DNA of 35,473 nucleotides from a virus (Duplodnaviria; Heunggongvirae; Uroviricota; Caudoviricetes): IMG/VR virus record IMGVR_UViG_2850773344_000008; one strand, 5' to 3'. Shown piece by piece: positions 29,983 to 35,473 of this stretch (position 1 is its first letter; each line of letters starts with the position of its first letter). The notes under the pieces were generated by a model. It saw only the letters and a program-made list of their open reading frames with translations, ran no database searches and was not told where the DNA came from. The position numbers and the translations under genes were made by a program.

Positions 29983-29985
29983 AAA

Positions 29986-30492
29986 ATGAATAATGTATTT
30001 CTGTACCGGATGCCTGTTGGCATTGCCGGGGCTGTCTCTCGCCCGCAGGACTTAACCGTCGAACCGGTGGTCCTTAAATCCGATAACGCCTTCGCTGCCT
30101 ATGGCCTGGCTGGTAAATACGATGATGACGGTTTTTTCGTGCCGCTGGCAGATGGTGATACCGCAGACAAGGTGAAGGGGATCTACGTGCGCCCTTATCC
30201 GACCACGTCGCAGCCGGACATGGTTCGCCAGGTGGGAACAGGCAAGAACTTCCCGGGCGACGCCATGAAGCGTGGCTACGTGACCGTTAATCTCGGTTCT
30301 GATTTTGATGCCAGCACTATCAAAAAAGGCGATCCGGTATACGTTGTCGTCTCCACTGATGAATCCATCAAAGTGCCTCTGGGTGGATTCATGTCCACGT
30401 CAGTCAGTGGCAAAAACGTGGTGCTGACCAACGCTGAATTCACAGGTGCCGGTGATGCTGACGGCAATGCAGAAATTTCCTGGAAGATTTAA
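29986..30492 (+). CDS. putative head structural/decoration protein
   Basis: 168 aa; gene order only. Confidence 0.3.
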   Translation: MNNVFLYRMPVGIAGAVSRPQDLTVEPVVLKSDNAFAAYGLAGKYDDDGFFVPLADGDTADKVKGIYVRPYPTTSQPDMVRQVGTGKNFPGDAMKRGYVTVNLGSDFDASTIKKGDPVYVVVSTDESIKVPLGGFMSTSVSGKNVVLTNAEFTGAGDADGNAEISWKI

Positions 30493-30503
30493 GGAACAGA
30501 CGA

Positions 30504-31445
30504 ATGATTACTTTTGATCAGGCAACCGTTGACAGCTCTGGTGCCTTTCTCATCGGGGAGCTGGAGCGACTCGACCAGACGCTGAACCTGCCACTGGTGG
30601 GGTACACCTGGAGCCGCGATATTCAACTGCGTGAAGACGTCTCCATCGCAGATGACATTTCCAGCTGGACGAATACCAGCTTCGCCGCTGCGGGTACTGG
30701 CGCAAATCCGAATGGAAAAAACTGGGTAGGCAAAGACTCAACCGCTATTGCTGGCGTGAACGTGGATATCGGCAAATCCGGTAACCCGCTGAACCTGTGG
30801 GGGATGGAACTTGGCTGGACGGTCATAGAATTGCAGGCTGCTCAGCAGGTCGGCCGCCCGATTGATACGCAGAAGTATGACGGTATGCAACTGAAATGGC
30901 AGATGGATAACGATGAACAGGTATATGTTGGCGATTCCGCATTAAACCTGAAAGGCCTTGTTACCCTGGACGGCGTGCCTGTCAACAACGCTGCCAAAAC
31001 GTGGGCAACCTCAACACCGGACGAAATCCGCGCAAGCATTAACCAGGTGCTGTCTGATGCGTGGGCCGCTTCTGGTTACTCTGTGGTTCCGCGTGATTTG
31101 CTGATCCCGCCTGAGCAGTTTGCTCTGTTGTCCAGCATCATCGTTTCATCTGCAGGTAACCAGTCCCTGTTGACGAACCTTCAGACCAACACCATCAGCT
31201 ATCACCAGAACGGTGTTCCGCTGAATATCCGCGCGGTTAAATGGCTGAAAGGCCGTGGTGTGGGGAATAAGGATCGCATGGTTGCGTACACCAACGATAA
31301 AAAATACGTCCGCTACCCGCTGGTTCCGCTTCAGAGCGTGCCGGTGCAGTATCGCGGTCTGTATCAGATCGTCACTTACTACGGCAAGCTGGGTGCAGTC
31401 GAGCCAGTGTACAAAGAAACCATTTCGTACGTTGATGGCATTTAA
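30504..31445 (+). CDS. major capsid protein
   Basis: 313 aa; position and size; good RBS (AAGGAACAGACGA then ATG). Confidence 0.55.
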   Translation: MITFDQATVDSSGAFLIGELERLDQTLNLPLVGYTWSRDIQLREDVSIADDISSWTNTSFAAAGTGANPNGKNWVGKDSTAIAGVNVDIGKSGNPLNLWGMELGWTVIELQAAQQVGRPIDTQKYDGMQLKWQMDNDEQVYVGDSALNLKGLVTLDGVPVNNAAKTWATSTPDEIRASINQVLSDAWAASGYSVVPRDLLIPPEQFALLSSIIVSSAGNQSLLTNLQTNTISYHQNGVPLNIRAVKWLKGRGVGNKDRMVAYTNDKKYVRYPLVPLQSVPVQYRGLYQIVTYYGKLGAVEPVYKETISYVDGI

Positions 31446-31486
31446 CAGCCACATGGCCCCCTGGCGGGGCCATTAAGGATGACCCG

Positions 31487-31685
31487 ATGGCAAAAAATGA
31501 TGCAGTAATACACGTACATACCCCGTTTGTGCTCACGCTTCCCGACGGTTCTCGGCGCGAGTTTGTTAAAGGCCGTCATGTTGTGGAGGAAGACGTTGCC
31601 ACGCACTGGTTCACTCGTGCGCACGCGGAAGTATCCGTTGGCAAAGCCACAGACGCGCGTAACGAGGTAAAAAATGCCAAAGAAT
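31487..31685 (+). pseudogene. small phage protein, 3' end replaced by IS600
   Basis: 66 native codons (MAKNDAVIHVHTPFVLTLPDGSRREF...), then reads into the IS600 terminus. Confidence 0.4.
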
Positions 31686-31728
31686 TGAGGTGTACTGGCA
31701 ATAGCGGACACTACCATTTGTTCTTTTT

Positions 31729-32547
31729 TTAAGCAGCCATCTGATGATATTTTTCCCTGAAGGCTGCCGGGGAGATATTCCCCAGACGAGAGTGACGACG
31801 CTGACGATTGTAGAAAATCTCAATGTATTCCCGTATTACTGAGATGGCTTCATCCCGGTTATTAAAACGATAGTGGCTCAGGCTCTCATTTTTCAGCGTT
31901 CCCCAGAAGCTTTCCATCGGAGCGTTGTCGTAACAGTTACCTTTACGCGACATTGATGTTTTCAGACCAGACTGCTCCTGTATGACCCGGTAATCGTATG
32001 CGCAGTACTGTGAACCTCGATCAGAGTGGTGGATTAGCCCGGCAGGTGGGCGCTGGCTCCTGAGCGCCATAAACAGGGCTTTACCTGTCAGCTCTTTTGT
32101 CATGCGCTCTCCCATGGCGTAGCCGACAATTTCGCACGTATAAACATCTTTGATGCCAGCGAGGTACAACCATCCCTCCTGTGTGGCAACATACGTCAGG
32201 TCCGCCACCCAGACCTGATTTGGTGCTGTAGAAGCGAACGTCTGGTTCAGCAGATTTGGCGCAACTGGCAGATTGTGGTTCGGGTTCGTAGTCGCTCTGA
32301 ACTTGCGTTTCTGCTTACAGCGTAGCCTCAGCTCCTTACGAAGACGTGCCAGTCGGTCACGACCAACGATGATGCCATTCTCTGCCAGCTCCGTCTGGAG
32401 CCGCCGGGTTCCATATGTTTCGCGAGTGCGGATATGTGCCACCTTAATCTCCAGTTTTAGCCGCTCATCACTTTGTTTTCTGTCTGAGGGTTCATGCTGT
32501 ACCCAGTTGTAATAACCGCTCCTGGATACACCAAATACCTGACACAT
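31729..32547 (-). CDS. IS600 OrfB
   Basis: 272 aa; three substitutions relative to copy 1. Confidence 0.9.
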   Translation of the reverse strand: MCQVFGVSRSGYYNWVQHEPSDRKQSDERLKLEIKVAHIRTRETYGTRRLQTELAENGIIVGRDRLARLRKELRLRCKQKRKFRATTNPNHNLPVAPNLLNQTFASTAPNQVWVADLTYVATQEGWLYLAGIKDVYTCEIVGYAMGERMTKELTGKALFMALRSQRPPAGLIHHSDRGSQYCAYDYRVIQEQSGLKTSMSRKGNCYDNAPMESFWGTLKNESLSHYRFNNRDEAISVIREYIEIFYNRQRRHSRLGNISPAAFREKYHQMAA

Positions 32548-32582
32548 CGCTTCAATGGGAAATTGTTGTCGCCATTGTTCGA

Positions 32583-32885
32583 TTAACGCGTATTTTTCAG
32601 CGACTCCTGTGCAAAATACGCTGTTGCTTTTTTTAATATATCGCGCTCAAGGCGAGCTTCATTTAACGCCTTACGCAGTTGCAGAATTTCAGATTCCAGT
32701 TCAGCCACCGTGCGGGAACCAGGAGTACCGAGCCCTTTTCTGGCGGCGGTAACCCATTGTCCTAAAGTGCCTTCAGGAAGGGATAATCGGGAAGCGCCTT
32801 CACTGATCGAAAGTTGATTTTCAAGAACCGTTCTGACAGCTTCGGCTTTGAACTCTTTAGAGTAACGTTGGGTTTTTCTGCTCAT
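32583..32885 (-). CDS. IS600 OrfA
   Basis: 100 aa identical to the other copies. Confidence 0.9.
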   Translation of the reverse strand: MSRKTQRYSKEFKAEAVRTVLENQLSISEGASRLSLPEGTLGQWVTAARKGLGTPGSRTVAELESEILQLRKALNEARLERDILKKATAYFAQESLKNTR

Positions 32886-32949
32886 TATTAGCTCCTTCTG
32901 ATGCCATTCTATTTCAGGAAGGAGTGTCCGTTAAACTCAGGCTATCTCA

Positions 32950-34581
32950 ATAAACCGTGCTGTGTAACTGCTGTGGATCAAATCTGACCACAACTTTTTT
33001 CACTCCGGCATTCATTAATGCCATGTTGTAATAAACGTTTTTCGCGCCTTTAAGGGAGCCGCCAACTTTAAGCGTAAACTCGCCTTTGCGTGAAACGTTC
33101 ACCGCCTCGGCAGGCAGTAACAGCATCCGTTTTTGTTCTTCGGTTGGCTTACGCACAATCGTTCTGGCGTATTCACGCTCGAAAACATCATCAAACGAGA
33201 GTTTGCCCCCGCACATTTCTGTTTCACGGCCTGTTCTGGCATTGAACATCGCCACACCTTCAGCAAAGGTTTTCAGAAACAGCTCTGCATCAACAGCGTG
33301 GTCGCCATAGTTATCAGGTTTTGCCTGCGGATTTGGCCCCGTATATGCGCCAGCCAGTGCCGGATGCTTATCAACGTATTCCTCAAGCCCACCAACACCG
33401 AAAGCACGTTCAACAGGTTTTGCCTGGCCCCAGCCTTTACCGGCAACAACGCTTGTCCAGTGCATTTTCGCACCCATCAGTAAAAACAGTCCTTTTGGAT
33501 CGTCCTCTTTTACCTTAAAGCGGTAGCGATTGGGCGCGCCTCCCGTCAGCCATTTATTCGCAGCACCACGGGTGTTATCAATGGTGATGTGAAAATCCTC
33601 CGGGATACTGTAGCGAGTCACAACATCCATGAACGAGAGGCGAATTGAATCAATGTTCTCGCTCACATCGCAGCGCCAGCCCAGAATTTTTCGGGTTTTC
33701 ACATCCTGCCAGAACCATGTTTTCGGACGGATCACATCACCGTTAAACCAGCGTACAAAGACGTTATGCAGATAACCGTCGCCGTTGATCCACTGCATGG
33801 CGTCCAGGTGTTCCACAGTTCGCTGCTGTGCCGGTATCAGATGCATCAGTGCATGTTCACCTTCACGACAGGCAACAACCATTGCCTCGTCCAGTTGCTG
33901 AATCCGGCGAAAGGCCGTGGCACGGGAGGGAATACTCCAGCCATGCTCGCGGGCTGCCAGTTCCAGACGCTCATAACATTTGCGGAAGGCGGGTTTTTCC
34001 GGTCGCAGATAATCTGCAATCAGAAACTGCCAGGCATCCTCGTCAAATTCACTTTTGTGAACATTGCGACGGGATGCTCCACGTCCATCAACAAGTGCAG
34101 CCGCCCAGTCAGGCTTCGCAAACTTCTGTACCTGGTAATACTTGTCCCGCAAAGTGGATGCGCTGACCTGGTAATGCCCTGCAACGGTCGCAAAAGCCGT
34201 TTTCGTTGAAATCCCCTGGTTCAGCATTTCGTCTGTGGCCTGAATTGAGGGCAACCATTTTTCAGCCAGGCTGCGCTGGGAATCGCTGGCTTTATCCCAT
34301 TTGCTCCATAGTGCCTCACGATCATAATCATGAGCTTCCAGCGTGGGGCGGGCGATTTCAAAACATCCCTGACTGGTTTTAAATTTTCCTTGTTGGAGCA
34401 AAACTTCAGCTCGAGCAATGTTAGGAAGAGAAGATATATGGTATTCGTAAGCAACCCCTCTAATTCCTTCTCTTCTTCTCTTGAGCCATCCTTCTCTCTG
34501 AGCTCTTTTGTGAACCCCCATTAATGAACCAGGTAAACCAGATAAATCCATGCATTCAATTGCTGATATCCACTCTCTCAT
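32950..34581 (-). pseudogene. Mu/D108-like transposase A, 3'-truncated by IS600
   Basis: 544 codons; N-terminal DNA-binding domain, then ...[20 protein letters not shown]... and DDE core region as in MuA; the stop codon is formed by the IS600 terminal bases, so about 120 C-terminal codons are missing. Confidence 0.8.
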
Positions 34582-34810
34582 TGTGATCCCTTAGATATCT
34601 ACTAGGCCAAATTTCCTCAGGTTTCATGTTTAAGGCGTCAGCAATAATGCGTTCACCTTTAGGCCATGGCCTGACTAATGCATTTGCAAGCGTCCCGGTT
34701 GAATAACCTGAACGTCTGGACAATTTTGCCAGAGGGGTTCCTGTTTTTTTGAGGGCCGCAATCACGTCGGCCCGATGCCAATCGTTACTCATCTTTCGCA
34801 CACCAACCAT
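34556..34810 (-). CDS. Ner-like DNA-binding regulator
   Basis: 84 aa with ...[13 protein letters not shown]...[32 protein letters not shown], the Ner/Nlp signature. Confidence 0.75.
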
Positions 34811-34963
34811 ATTGCGTATGATAAAGGGTTACCAAAACAAATAATTCGTCTTGATTATCTGTTTTATACATTACCAAATAAACCAAACCGGTTTATATCA
34901 GTTGATGTGGTTTATTTTGTAATCCATTGATTTTTATATAGATAAATCTGGTAAACTTAGTTT
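34811..34963. promoter_or_regulatory. divergent early promoter/operator region of the Mu-like element
   Basis: 153-bp AT-rich spacer between divergent repressor and ner genes, with repeated TTTAT/ATAAA-type motifs. Confidence 0.4.
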
Positions 34964-35473
34964 ATGAAAAGCGCAAATGAGATAAACCAGTGGATGACAC
35001 CCAAACAAATTACTGAACTGGATGGAATGCCTGGGACAATACAGGGGGTGCATAAACGAGCAAAGAAAGAAGGATGGCCGAAGCGTTCACAAGAAGGGCG
35101 TCGCGGGCCTGGGGTTGAATATATCCCGGCAATACCGGCTATGCAAAAAATTGCTATCGAAGAAATGAATGCTGATACATTGAAAATGTTCTCCCTGTTA
35201 ATCAATAAACTAGGAGAAAATGAAGTCCGAGAGATAGAGCTAAACATGGCTAAATATGGGCTTTCTGGATTAATGCAAGAACGCCCCTCCATCTCCGTTG
35301 ACACCCTATTGGCAACGCTGGGTATTGATCGCCAAACACTACAAACAGCTTTGGCGCTGCATAAATTACCTCCAGAAACTCGCCAAGAGATTTTGTCAAT
35401 GTATGGTGTTCATAAACAGGAAGAGCCTGTAGCTCCTTTGTTGGAACCACAAGATGCGAAAAAAGCCGTATAA
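34964..35473 (+). CDS. Mu-type repressor c-like protein
   Basis: 169 aa; N-terminal domain homologous to the transposase N-terminus in this window (GMPGTIQGVHKRAKKEGW vs [18 protein letters not shown]); C-terminal ...RQEILSMYGVHKQEEPVAPLLEPQDAKKAV; ends at the last base of the window. Confidence 0.7.
   Translation: MKSANEINQWMTPKQITELDGMPGTIQGVHKRAKKEGWPKRSQEGRRGPGVEYIPAIPAMQKIAIEEMNADTLKMFSLLINKLGENEVREIELNMAKYGLSGLMQERPSISVDTLLATLGIDRQTLQTALALHKLPPETRQEILSMYGVHKQEEPVAPLLEPQDAKKAV

Larger units (their letters stand above)
31686..32949 (-). mobile_element. IS600, copy 3, full length 1264 bp
   Basis: Same termini as copies 1 and 2 (one mismatch in the left repeat, TGAGATAGCC); flanks are unrelated modules and flanking triplets differ (AAT / ATA). 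Confidence 0.85.

Overview
This window is an IS-saturated mosaic of degraded prophage modules, of the kind found in Shigella / enteroinvasive E. coli chromosomes. Left to right: an ipaH effector gene beside a phage gene; IS600; a Rha-type regulator; a small gene cut by IS2; a Rac-prophage-like immunity/replication block (racR-, ydaS-, ydaT-, ydaU-, ydaV-like, the last three inactivated); an accessory block (QueH-like Fe-S protein, Hok-type toxin, DUF1367-like, YbcO-like, putative Q antiterminator); four tandem tRNA genes; a phage-21-type lysis cassette (S pinholin, SAR endolysin, Rz/Rz1) hit by IS600, an IS66-family element plus an IS2 remnant, and IS911; a DedA/YqaA-like membrane-protein moron; a packaging/head module (TerS, TerL split by IS2, portal, MuF-like, scaffold, capsid); IS600; and the early region of a Mu/D108-like transposable phage (repressor, Ner, 3'-truncated transposase A). 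Eight IS-derived segments cover about 10.7 kb, roughly 30 percent of the window. All IS and protein-family names come from recollection of these sequences and from motifs read in the ORF translations; no database search was run. No CRISPR array, integrase or stx gene was seen. I could not identify one unambiguous new multi-gene system. The most promising unexplained items are the phage-borne QueH-like gene near the tRNA array, the uncharacterised small genes of the accessory block, and homopolymer tracts sitting at regulatory or coding hot spots.
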